A stretch of DNA of 64,000 nt, taken from NCBI RefSeq assembly GCF_004010195.1, contig NC_057720.1, positions 20,039,680 to 20,103,679 of the forward strand. The letters are read 5' to 3'. The notes under the pieces were generated by a model, which was not told the origin of the DNA, did no database searches, and was given only the letters and a program-made list of their open reading frames with translations. Position numbers and translations under genes: made by a program. Positions 50,776 to 61,709 of the stretch are shown here, piece by piece; position 1 is the first letter of the stretch, and every line of letters begins with the position of its first letter. The stretch comes from Chiloscyllium plagiosum. Taxonomy: Eukaryota.

Positions 50776-50869
50776 AAACTTTGTGCAGCTGGACACTTAA
50801 ATAGCAAGAAGAATCACTAGCTGTCCCATAAATATGCTTACAGATTATTTGCTGAATGATTTCTTCCAG

Positions 50870-51185
50870 TTGATGGATTCACTGACCTTAAGTGTTTGTG
50901 ACATGCTTCTAGAAGTTCTCTGGCTGCCTTGTGTTTAGCTTGTCATATGATTGTTGTGTTGCCCACAGTTGAATTTGTGGTCCCTGTCATCTGTGTGTAT
51001 GGCAACAAGGGACAGGTGGTCGTGGTGTTTAGTGGCTAGTTGGTGTTCGTGGATGCAGATTGCTAGTTGTCTGCCTGTTTGCCCTATATAGTGTTTCATG
51101 CAATCTTTGCATGGAATCCTGTAAATTATATAAATGGTACTCAGCCACAGACTCCATCAACAAGCACATAAACCTAGACCCAGTC
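50870..51185 (-). mobile_element. Penelope GIY-YIG fragment
   Basis: YRIPCKDCMKHYIGQTGRQL on the minus strand. Confidence 0.85.
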
Positions 51186-51299
51186 TAAGACCATAAGAAA
51201 TAGGAGTGGAAGTAAGGCCGTTCGGTGCATCGAGTCCACTCTGCCATTCAATCATGGCTGATGGGCATTTCAACGCCATTTACCCGCACTTTCCCTGTA

Positions 51300-52865
51300 T
51301 CCATGGTAGGCTCATTCATAAGGTCCCCATGGTAGGCTTATTCATGAAGTTGGGAAATATGAGATACAGGGAGATTTGGCTATCTGGATTCAGAATTGGC
51401 TGGCTGACTGAAAGCTGAGAGTGGTTGTAGATGGAAAGTATTCTGCCTGGAGGTCAGTGTTGAGTGGTGTCCTGCAGGGTTCTGTTCTTGGACCTCTGCT
51501 CTTTGTAGTTTTTATAAATGACTTGGATGAGAAGGTTGAGGGGTGAGTTAGTAAATTTGCAGATGACACAAAGGTTGGAGATGCTGTTGATAGTATCGAG
51601 GGCTATTGCAGGCTGCAGGGCAACATATTCTAGATTAGAGTGGTACTGTAAAAGCACAGCAGTTCAGGCAGCATCCGAGGAGCAGGAAAATCAACGTTTC
51701 GGGCAAAAGCCCTGATGAAGGGCTTTTGCCCGAAACATCGATTTTCCTGCTTCTCGGATGCTGCCGGAACTGCTGTGCTTTTCCAGCACCACTCTCATCT
51801 AGAATCTGGTTTCCAGCATCTGCAGTCCTTGTTTTTACCCTGCAGTGCAACATAGACAGGGTGCAGAGCTGGGCTGAGAAATGGCAGATGGAATTCAACC
51901 TGGATAAATGCAAAGTGAGAGTTTTTAGATTAGAGTGGTGCTGGAAAAGTACAGCAGGTCAGGCAGCATCCGAGGAGCAGGAAAATCGATGTTTTGGGCA
52001 AAAGCCCTTCATCAGGAATAGAGGCAGGGTGCCTGTAGAGTGGGGAGATAAATGAGAGGCCTAAATGTGAAGTGATACATTTTGGAAGGTTGAACTTGAA
52101 TGCTGAATATAAGATTAAAGACAGGACTCTTGACAGTGTGGAGGAACAGAGGGATCTTGGTGTTCAAGTACATAGATCCCTCAAAGTTGCCACCCAAGTG
52201 GCAAGAAGGGGTTGTTAAGAAAGCATATGCCTTTCTGGCTTTCATTAATGGGGGATCGAGTTTAAGAGCCGCGAGGTTTTGCTACAGCTCTACATGTCCC
52301 TGGTGAGATCACACTTGGAATATTGTGTCCAGTTCTGGTCGCCCTATTTTAGGAAAGATACAGAGGCCTTGCAGAGGGTGTAAAGAAGGTTTACCAGGAT
52401 GCTGCCTGGACTGGAGGGTTTGCCTTATGAAGAGAGATTGACTCGGCTCAGACTTTTCTCTCTGGAGAGGAGAAGGAAGAGAGGTGGCCTAATCGAGGTA
52501 TACAAGATGAGAGGCATGGATAGAGTCAATAGCCAAAGACTTTTCCCCAGGGCAGGATTGACTAGCACGAGAGGTTATAGTTTTAAGATATTACGAGAAA
52601 GGTATAGAGGGGAAGTCTTTATATAGAGAGTTGTAAATGCATGGAATGCTTTGCCAGCAATGGTGGTGAAAGCAGAGTCATTAGGGATGTTTAAGCAACT
52701 GCTGGACATGCACATGACTGGACATGCACATAACTGGACATGCACATGGATAGCAGTGAGTTGAGGGGTGAGTAGGTTAAGTTATTTTATTTTACCTTAG
52801 GATTAATCCTTGGTACAACATTGTGGGCCAAAGGGCCTGTTCTGTGCTGTACTTTTCTATGTTCT
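51300..52865 (+). mobile_element. CR1 RT to 3' end with two PLE-derived insertions
   Basis: [14 protein letters not shown] and tail ttctatgttctat. Confidence 0.9.
51628..51839. mobile_element. Palindromic PLE-derived unit with hammerhead core (51712-51744, +) and 15-bp TSD
   Basis: ctgcagggcaacata at 51613-51627 and ctgcagtgcaacata at 51840-51854. Confidence 0.85.
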
Positions 52866-53339
52866 ATCCCTTAATTCCTTGTGAGATTAAGAATGTATCA
52901 ATCTCTGCCTTGAAGACATTTAACATCCCGGTCCCCACTGCACTCCGTGGCAATGAATTCCACAGGCCCACCACTCTCTGGCTGAAGAAATGTCTCCGCA
53001 TTTCCGTTCTAAATTGACCCCCTCTAATTCTAAGGCTATGCCCACGAGTCCTAGTATCCCCGCCTGACAGAAACAGTTTTCTAGCATCCACCCTTTCTAA
53101 GCCATGCATTATCTGGTAAGTTTCTATTAGATCTTCCCTCAACCTTCTAAACTCTAATGAATGCCATTGCACGATCCTCAGCTATTCATTGTACGTTAGG
53201 CCTACCCTTCCAGGGATCATCTGTGTGAATCTCTGCTGGACATGCTCCAGTACCAATATGTCCTTCCTGAGGTGTGGGTTCCAAATCTGGACACAGTATT
53301 CTAAATGGGGCCTAACCAAAGCTATATATTGGCCATTAC

Positions 53340-53482
53340 AATGAACAATGGAAACAGCAGAAATGGAACCAAATAAATTCCAAAGACGCAGTGCTCCAAA
53401 GCACTGAAGATGTCACGTAGACAGGAGGCGAAACATCTACGAATCAACTTCCCAGCTTGGCAAACATACCCACAACCACAAA
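53340..53482 (+). mobile_element. Penelope pLTR with degenerate hammerhead (53401-53440)
   Basis: gcaCTGAAGAtgtcac...GAAACATCtac. Confidence 0.7.
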
Positions 53483-53527
53483 TTTCATTTATGTTCCAAC
53501 CATCTTTTGAACATTTTACTGGAGGGC

Positions 53528-55070
53528 ATAGAGTCATAGAGATATACAGCATGGAAACAGACCCTTAGGTCCAACTCATCTATGCCAATCAGATATCCTA
53601 AATTAATCTAGTCCCATTTGCCAGCACTTGGCCCATATCCCTCTTTGCCCTTCTTTTTCATATACTCATCCAGATGCCTTTTATGTTGTATTTGTACCAA
53701 CCTCCACAACTTTCTCTGGCAGCTCATTCCGTATAGACACCACCCTGTGCATGAAAAAGTTACCCCTAAGGTGCCTTTTATATCTTTCCCCTTTCACTCT
53801 AAACCTATGCCCACTAGTTGTGGACTTCTGCACCACAGGAAAAAAACCTTGCCTGTTTACCCTATCCATGACCCTCATGATTTTATGAACCTCTGTAAGG
53901 TCACCCCTCAGCCCCTGATTCTCCAGTGAAACAGTCCCAGCCTGTTCAGCCTCTCCCTATAGCTCAACTCCTCCAACCCTGGCAACATCCGTGTAAATCT
54001 TTTCTGAACCCTTTCATGTTTGACAACATCCTTCCTATAGGAAGGAGACCAGAATTGCACACGGTATTCGAAAAGTTGCCTAACAAATATCCTGTACAGC
54101 CGCAACTTGACCTCCCAATTCCTGTACTCAATGTGACCAGTGAAGGAAAGGAGACCCAACTTCATCTTCATTATCCTATCTACTTGCAACTCCACTTTCA
54201 AGGAACTATGCAACTGCATTCCAAGGTCTCTTTGTTCAGCAACACAACCCAGGAAGTTACCATTAAGCGTATAAGTCCTGTCCTGATTTGCCTTTCACAT
54301 TTATCTAAATTAAACTCCATCTGCCTGTCCTTGGCCCATTGGCCCACCTGATCAAAATCCTGTACTCTGAGATAACCTTCTTCACTGTTGCTACATCACT
54401 AATTTTGGTGTCATCTGCAAACTTGTTAATTATACTTCCTGTGTTCACATCCAAATCATTTATTCATTCATAGAGTCAAACAGCACAGATAACGAAAAGC
54501 AGTGGGCCCAGCAGCGATCCTTGTGACACACCACTGGTCACAGGCCTCCAGTCTGAAAAACAACCCTCCACTACCACCTTCTGTCTTCTACCTTTGAGCC
54601 AGTTCTGTATCCAAATGGCTAGTTCTCCCTGTATTTCCATGTAATCTAACCTTGCTGACCAGTCTACCATGAGGAACCTTGTTGATCACCTCACTGAAGT
54701 CCACTGCTCTGCCCTCATCAATCCTCTTCATTACTTTTTCACAAAACTCAATCAAGTTTGTGAGACATGATTTCCCATGCACAAATTCATGTTGACTATC
54801 CCTAATCAGTCCTTTCATAGCCAAATATACATAAAACCTGTCCCTCAGGATTCCCTGCAACAGCAGCCCATCACCGATGTCTGGCACACCGTTCTATAGT
54901 TCACTCGCTTTTCCTTACCACCTTTCTTAAATAGTGGCACCATGTTAGCCTACCACCAGTCTTCCGGCACTTTCCCTGTGACTATCAATGATCCAGATAT
55001 CTCAGCATGGGGCCCAGCAATCGCTTCCCTCAGATTTCTAGCGTACACCTGATATAAGACATCCAACACC
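53528..55070 (-). mobile_element. CR1 RT to 3' end
   Basis: KSCLTNLIEF, QGSLLGPLLF and FADD. Confidence 0.92.
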
Positions 55071-55507
55071 ACACCTTCTGACATCTTGGTTCTCAGTGAA
55101 TATAGGATGCCTCTTGTTTTGTACCTCCTGGCCTGGGGTGTCCATTACAATTTCTGAAAATCATGCAACCGAATGTCTCCTGTGTGGTTCATTTTACTGC
55201 TGTTTTCCACATCAAATTCATTTCCTGATTGACTTCTGTGTACCACCTGCAACCACAGTGCACCTTCACTTTAAAAGTGTGGGCTGCTTAACTTTAAAAG
55301 GTCAGTTAGTAAGAAACTAGAGTCTGAAATATACAGTTAACTTCAAAATAAAACTTCATTTTATTTAAACTTCACTGAAACTCAAGAAAGTAAACCTGCG
55401 AATGGTATGGATATTTACAGCATGTATAGACTTAATGGGCCTGAGTGATACGTACAAAAGCTTTAAGCAACATGGATATTTATAGAGTACACTCACTTTA
55501 TGATATA

Positions 55508-56735
55508 CAGTTTGAGCTGCTGTAATGTGGTACTTGTATTCTCGTGTGACCTTGTTGCACAATAGAAATAACTAGGCCTATGGGAAAAACAAGGTTCAGG
55601 GCAAACCACCAAAAATATCAGTAAAAATTGAAACAAAACTGGTAGTTAGCCAAACACAAATGATAGCACAGTCTAAATAAATGTTAAAATCATATATTTT
55701 CATCAAATAATACAATAAATTTAACACTCTAAAAGGTTTCTGAGTTTGCTGAGTTACAGTACTGTATTAAGACTGGGACTGAGGGTCATCATCAGCATCA
55801 TCATTACTTTCAGGTTACTGTGAAAGAAACTATTCAGTCCAGAAGTGGATGGCTGTGGTTCATTGTCCTCAGACTGTCTCTTGGGGATTGGTTTAAAGAG
55901 GCATCTAGTTTTTGCTGCTTTCCCATGTATTTTCTTTCATGCAGAAGCTGTTCATAGGGTGCCAGAAAAGATTTTATGTCATGAACTGTTGTTCTGCTGT
56001 GTTCTGCATTGTAGTCATTATCTTCTAAGAGCTGTGACTGCTTCCCAACTTCCCTTTGGATAGGAGACAAAAGAGAAATGGAAAGTTCTCTTGGTGCTGC
56101 ATCCTGGACTTCATCTTCTTCTTGAGCTTCAGTTTCCCCCACAGCAAAAAGTTGTTGTAGATCAATCTCCGCTTCTTCAAATCCAATTTGCTTTGCAAGA
56201 GCGACACAATGTTAGTTGATTGCTGGAAGCTTCCCTGATGGTTCAACGCCTTTAAAATCATAAAGAAAATCTGGGAGAAGCTTCTGCAAATCAGCATGCA
56301 AGCAGTCCTTACTGACATTACCCCAGGCCTCCACAATGATGTCAGTAGTATTCTTATGTTAAAGCTCTTCCAAAATTGAAGAACACTGTCTTCGTTATAA
56401 CCTTCAGTAGCTGCAATCAGCTTCCTGAATATGCACCTTCAATAATAAGCTTTAAAAGCTGCTGTTACATCCTGGTCCATGGGTTGAATGGGAGAGGTTG
56501 TGTTCAGAAGTAGAAATAATACTTCGATGTTTTCAAAAAGCTCACCAAAGCTGGGAGGATAGCTTGGTGCATTGTGCAGAATGAGGAGAATCTTCAAATT
56601 CAAATCTTTTTTTCTCCTGCAATAATGTCGAAAAACATTCCTGAAAACATTAACAATCAAGTCAGAAGAAATTTGCCTGGTCATTCAATCCCATTTGCTT
56701 GATATGAAGTAAACATCTAGAGTGGCCTTAAGGTA
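55508..56735 (-). mobile_element. Tigger/pogo-type DNA transposon remnant (DDE_1 transposase C-terminal half)
   Basis: KILLILHNAPSYP...FLLLNTTSPIQPMDQDVTAAFKAYY; candidate terminus TA|cagtt at 55506-55512. Confidence 0.85.
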
Positions 56736-57419
56736 ACTGGGGATGAAATTGTGTAATCGCATTGAAAATTAGACTTTCACCATGCTGGTTACATTATCAT
56801 GCACATTTTTCAAAAAGATGCACGTGCATCTCAGGATCCTCTAGGAGTAGGAAACATTCTTAAAGATATACATTTTTTTTCTTCAACTGATCCATCAATT
56901 AGGAAAGATCTTGGAATGTATTGGTAGAAATTGTTTTAAACTTATTTTACTGATCTCTGTATAACTGCAGTGAGTCATAGAGATATACAGCACGGAAACA
57001 GACCCTTCCCTAGTGGCATAGCATCTGCAGTTTGATACAGCTAACCTGACTTTAGGTATTGAAGACCGTTGGAGTGTGCTGCTTAATTGATCTGTGCAGT
57101 TGCACTGTTTATATTCTTATCTTACTATGTAGATTCTTATCCAATTAACTCCAGCAAATTGAATTGAAACAAAGAACTTAACAGTTTTTTTTCACAGTGA
57201 CCAAATTGATAGAGCATGTCAGTTCCAGGTCTTAGCCAGCTGGGGCTATACAGGGCAGAGAGGAACTAGATGAATTTTGCTAAGAAAATTTAGACCAAGC
57301 TGAATTAAGAAGGTCCCATCAAAGAATAACATGAGTTGTTCTAACTGGTGAAAAAAAAGGTTGATGGAGCCATTTCCAGTGAAAGTACTAATGGGAAACA
57401 TAATGCAAACAAATAAGCA

Positions 57420-58515
57420 AGAGGGAGAACTAGCTATTTGGATACAGAACTGGTTCAAAGGTAGAAAACAGAGGGTGATGGTGGAGGGTTGTTTTTCAGA
57501 CTGGAGGCCTGTGACCAATGGAGTGCCACAAGGATCAGTGCCACAAGGATTCTACTTTTTGTCATTCACATAAATGATTTGGATGCGAGCATAAGAGGTA
57601 CAGTTAGTAAGTTTGCAGATGACACCAAAATTGGAGGTGTAGTGGACAGCGAAGAGGGTTACCTCAGATTACAACAGGATCTGGACCAGATGGGCCAATG
57701 GGCTGAGAAGTGGCAGATGGAGTTTAATTTAGATAAATGCGAGGTGCTGCATTTTGGGAAGACAAATCTTAGCAGGCCTTATACACTTAAGAGTAAGGTC
57801 ATGGGAGTGTTGCTGAACAAAGAGACCTTGGAGTGCAGGTTCATAACTCCTTGAAAATGGAGTCACAGGAAGATAGGATAGTAAAGAAAGCATTTGGTAT
57901 GCTTTCTTTTATTGGTCAGAGTATTGAGTACAGGAGTTGGGAGGTCATGTTGCAGCTGTACAGTACATTGGTTAGACCACTGTTGGATTATTGCATGCAG
58001 TTCTGGTCTCCTTCCTATCGGAAAGATGTTGTGAAAGTTGAAAGGGTTCAGAAAAGATTTACAAGGATGTTGCCAGGGTTGGAGGATCTGAGCTACAGGG
58101 AGAGGCTGAACAGGCTGGGGCTGTTTTCCATGGAGTGTCGGAGGCTGAAGGGTGACCTTACAAACTTATGAGGGGCATGGATAGGATAAATAGACAAAGT
58201 CTTTTCCCTGGGGTGTGGGAGTCCAGAACTAGAGGGCATAGGTTTAGGGTGAGAGGGGAAAGATAAAAGAGACCTAAGGGGCAGCTTTTTAACACAGAGG
58301 GTGGTACGTGTATAGAATGAGCTGCCAGAGAATGTGGTGGAGGCTGGTACAATTGCAACATTTAAAAGTCATTTGGATGGGTATATGAATAGGAAGGGTT
58401 TGGAGGGATATGGGCCGGGTGCTGGCAGGTGGGACTAGATTGGGTTGGGATATCTGGTCGGTATGGACGGGTTGGACCGAAGGGTCTGTTTCCATACTGT
58501 ACATCTCTATGACTA
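57420..58515 (+). mobile_element. CR1 RT to 3' end
   Basis: SKFADDTKIGG, LVRPLLDYC and CR1 tail. Confidence 0.93.
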
Positions 58516-58719
58516 ATAGAAGAGAGCTTGAACTCTACCCACAGGTTATTGATGGGAAGAACAGATTATTACAAATTATGTGGATAGGAATATAGTTTAA
58601 AAAAGGATATGAATTTCCCAGCAATCATTGGAAAGAACCACAAGACAACATTTCATATTTTAGGACTTAACTGCAAAGCGCTGAAGGTAGTTTCAAAGTA
58701 TTAATAGGTAACTGTTCAT

Positions 58720-60812
58720 CATTTTTATAAACGACCTGGATGAGGGCGTAGAAGGGTGGGTTAGTAAATATACAGACGACACTAAGGTATGTGGAGTTGT
58801 GGATAGTGACAAAGGATGTTATAGGTTACAGAGAGACATAGATAAGCTACAGAGCTGGGCTGAGAGGTGGAAAATGGAGTTTAATGCGGACAAGTGTGAG
58901 GTGATTCACTTTGGTCGGAGTAACCAGAATGCAAAGTACCGGGCTAACTGTAAGATTCTTGGTAGTGTAGATGAGCAGAGAGATCTCTGTGTCCAGGTAC
59001 ACAGACCCTTGAAAGTTGCCACCCAGGTTGACAGGTTTGTTAATAGACAATAGACAATAGGTGCAGGAGTAAGCCATTCAGCCCTTCGAGTCTGCACCGC
59101 CATTCAACATGATCATGGCTGATCATTCCTAATCAGTATCCTGTTCCTGCCTTATCTCCATAACCCTTGATTCCACTATCTTTGAGAGCTCTATCCAACT
59201 CTTTCTTAAATGAATCCAGAGACTGGGCCTCCACTGCCCTCTGGGGCAGTGCATTCCACACAGCCACCACTCTCTGGGTGAAGACGTTTCTCCTCATCTC
59301 TGTCCTAAATTTTAGTCCTAACCATTTTTCTACCTTGCACATACCTAAAAAAGCTCTTGCTATCCTCCTTTATATTATTGGCCAATTTACCTTCGTACCT
59401 CATTTTTCCTCTGCGTATTTCCTTCTTAGTAATCCTCTGTTGCTCTTTAAAAGCTTCCCAGTCCTCAATTTTCCCACTTATCTTTGCTATGTTATACTTT
59501 TTCTCTTTTAACTTTATATGTTTCTTAACTTCCCTCGTCAGCCACGGCCACCCATGCCTCCTCCTAGGATCTTTCTTCCTTTTTGGAATGAACTGATCCT
59601 GTATCTTCTGCATTATACACAGAAATATCCGCCATTGTTCCTCCACGGTCATCCCTGCTAAGGTGTTGCACCATTGAACTTTGGCCAGCTCCTCCCTCAT
59701 AGCTCCATAATTCCCTTTTATTCAACAGAAGTACTGTCACTTCCGCCTGTACCCTCTCCCTCTCAAATTGCAGATTGAAGCTTAATGTATTATGGTCACT
59801 ACTTCCCAATGGCTCCTTCACTTCGAGGTCCCTGACCAATTCTGTTTCGTTGCACAATACCAGATCCAGAATTGCCTTCTCCCTGGTCGGCTCCAGCACC
59901 AGCTGCTCTAAGAATCCATCTCTGAGGCACTCCACAAAGTCTCTTTCTTGAGGTCCAATACCATCTTGATTCTCCCAGTCTACCTGCATGTTAAAATCCC
60001 CCATAACAACTGTAGTAACATCTTTACGACAGGCCAATTTCAGCTCCTGATTCAACTTACATCCGACATCCAGACTACTATTTGGGGGCCTATAGATGAC
60101 TCCCAAGAGGGTCTTTTTACCCTTAGTATTTCGCAGCTCTATCCACATTGACTCTACATCCCCTGACTCTAGGTCCCCCCGCGCAAGGGGGGACCTAGGC
60201 ACACGGTGTTTTAGCTTTTATTAATAGAGGGATCGAGTTCTGGAACCATGTGGTTATGCTACAGCTGTACAAAACTCTAGTGCGGCCGCACTTGGAGTAT
60301 TGTGTACTGTTCTGGTCACCGCATTATAAGAATGATGTGGAAGCTTTGGAAAGGGTGCAGAGGAGATTTACTAGGATGTTGCCTGGTATGAAGGGAAGGT
60401 CTTACGAGGAAAGGCTGAGGGTCTTGAGGCTGCTTTTGTTGGAGAGAAGAAAGTTGAGAGGTGGCTTAATAGAGACATATAAGGTAATCAGAGGGTTAGA
60501 TAGGGTGGACAGGGAGAGCCTTTTTCCAAGAATGATGACGGGCGAGCACGAGGATGCATAGCTTTAAATTGAGGGGTGATAGATATAGGACAGATGTCAG
60601 AGGTAGTTTCTTTACTCAGAGAGTAGTACGGGTATGGAATGCTTTGCCTGCAACGGTAGTAGATTCGCCAACTTTAAGTACATTTAAGTCATCATTGGAC
60701 AAGAATATGGATGTACATGGAATAGTATAGGTTAGATGGGCTTCAGATTGGTATGTCAGGTCGGCGCAACATCGAGGGCCAAAGGGCCTGTGTTGCGCTG
60801 TAATGTTGTATG
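58720..60812 (+). mobile_element. CR1 RT to 3' end, split by a minus-strand CR1
   Basis: 58720-59043 and 60199-60812 are collinear ([13 protein letters not shown]). Confidence 0.88.
59044..60186 (-). mobile_element. CR1 lacking its RT domain: endonuclease/linker joined to the 3' end
   Basis: GVIYRPPN and MGDFN region joined at ~59305 to FRTEMRRNVFTQRVV and the tail. Confidence 0.85.
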
Positions 60813-61709
60813 CAATATACCAAACTACAAAAATGTTTTTTTTTCATTTAATAATTAAAACAACTGAAAATACATTATGACCCATTTCTGTGTTATAGTA
60901 TACTCTCAGCAAATATGTAGCCTCGTAGATTTTGCTTCAAATCCCTTCCAGCTTTTCACCAGATTCCCTTCTCCCTGTCACTTAACTTGGTCTACTCTCC
61001 TGCTCCTCGGATGCTGCCTGACTGGCTGTACTTTTCCAGCACCACACTTTTTGACTCTGATCTCCAGCATCTGCAGTCCTCATTTTTTCCTTCTGAGTGT
61101 GCCCATGCTGCCATTTAGCAGCAAAGCCCACTCTGATGATTCCTTAATTATGAAAACTCTGCAAGAGCCATCTCTTCAAATTCAGAAAATCCATCCTCCT
61201 CCTCATCTGCTCGGTGGATAATGTAAAGCAGCAATATTTCTGACTTACACTGTAGATCGCTGAGCATGTGTCCAGAAAGGCCAGCTGCCCTGTTCTTTCT
61301 GTGTCAAGACGTTAAAACCTTGTCACTTTTTAATTTCTATAGGTTTGGGCCTTAATCTCTTTCTGCAAGACGACCAAATTGCATGGGCATGTCTGCTGAC
61401 AATATTATTATGACCATACCATAACCTATTCAGAACATTCTATCTCCTTTTGAAGGAAACATTTTAAAGCATAACTGTCTTATGAAGTCTTCCATTCTTT
61501 GTAATGTTATCGCAGCAAGTTGTTGATTGGAAGCTAATTTATATCTTTTAATATTAACTGGATTAATTTTTCACTATTTTGGGGAGATTGAGGGAAAATC
61601 TTTAATGCTCTGTAAGGAAGTGGTGAGATTTTAAAAAAGAGGATGGAATAACAATATGGAAACTAGATTCGTAGGCCTGAGAGAGACACTTTCTTGCTCG
61701 GATGCAATA

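Larger units (their letters stand above)
51186..53322 (-). mobile_element. CR1 3' part split by a + strand CR1
   Basis: Tail at 51186-51300; ORF2 resumes at 52865 (RRHFFSQRVVGLWNSLP). Confidence 0.8.
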
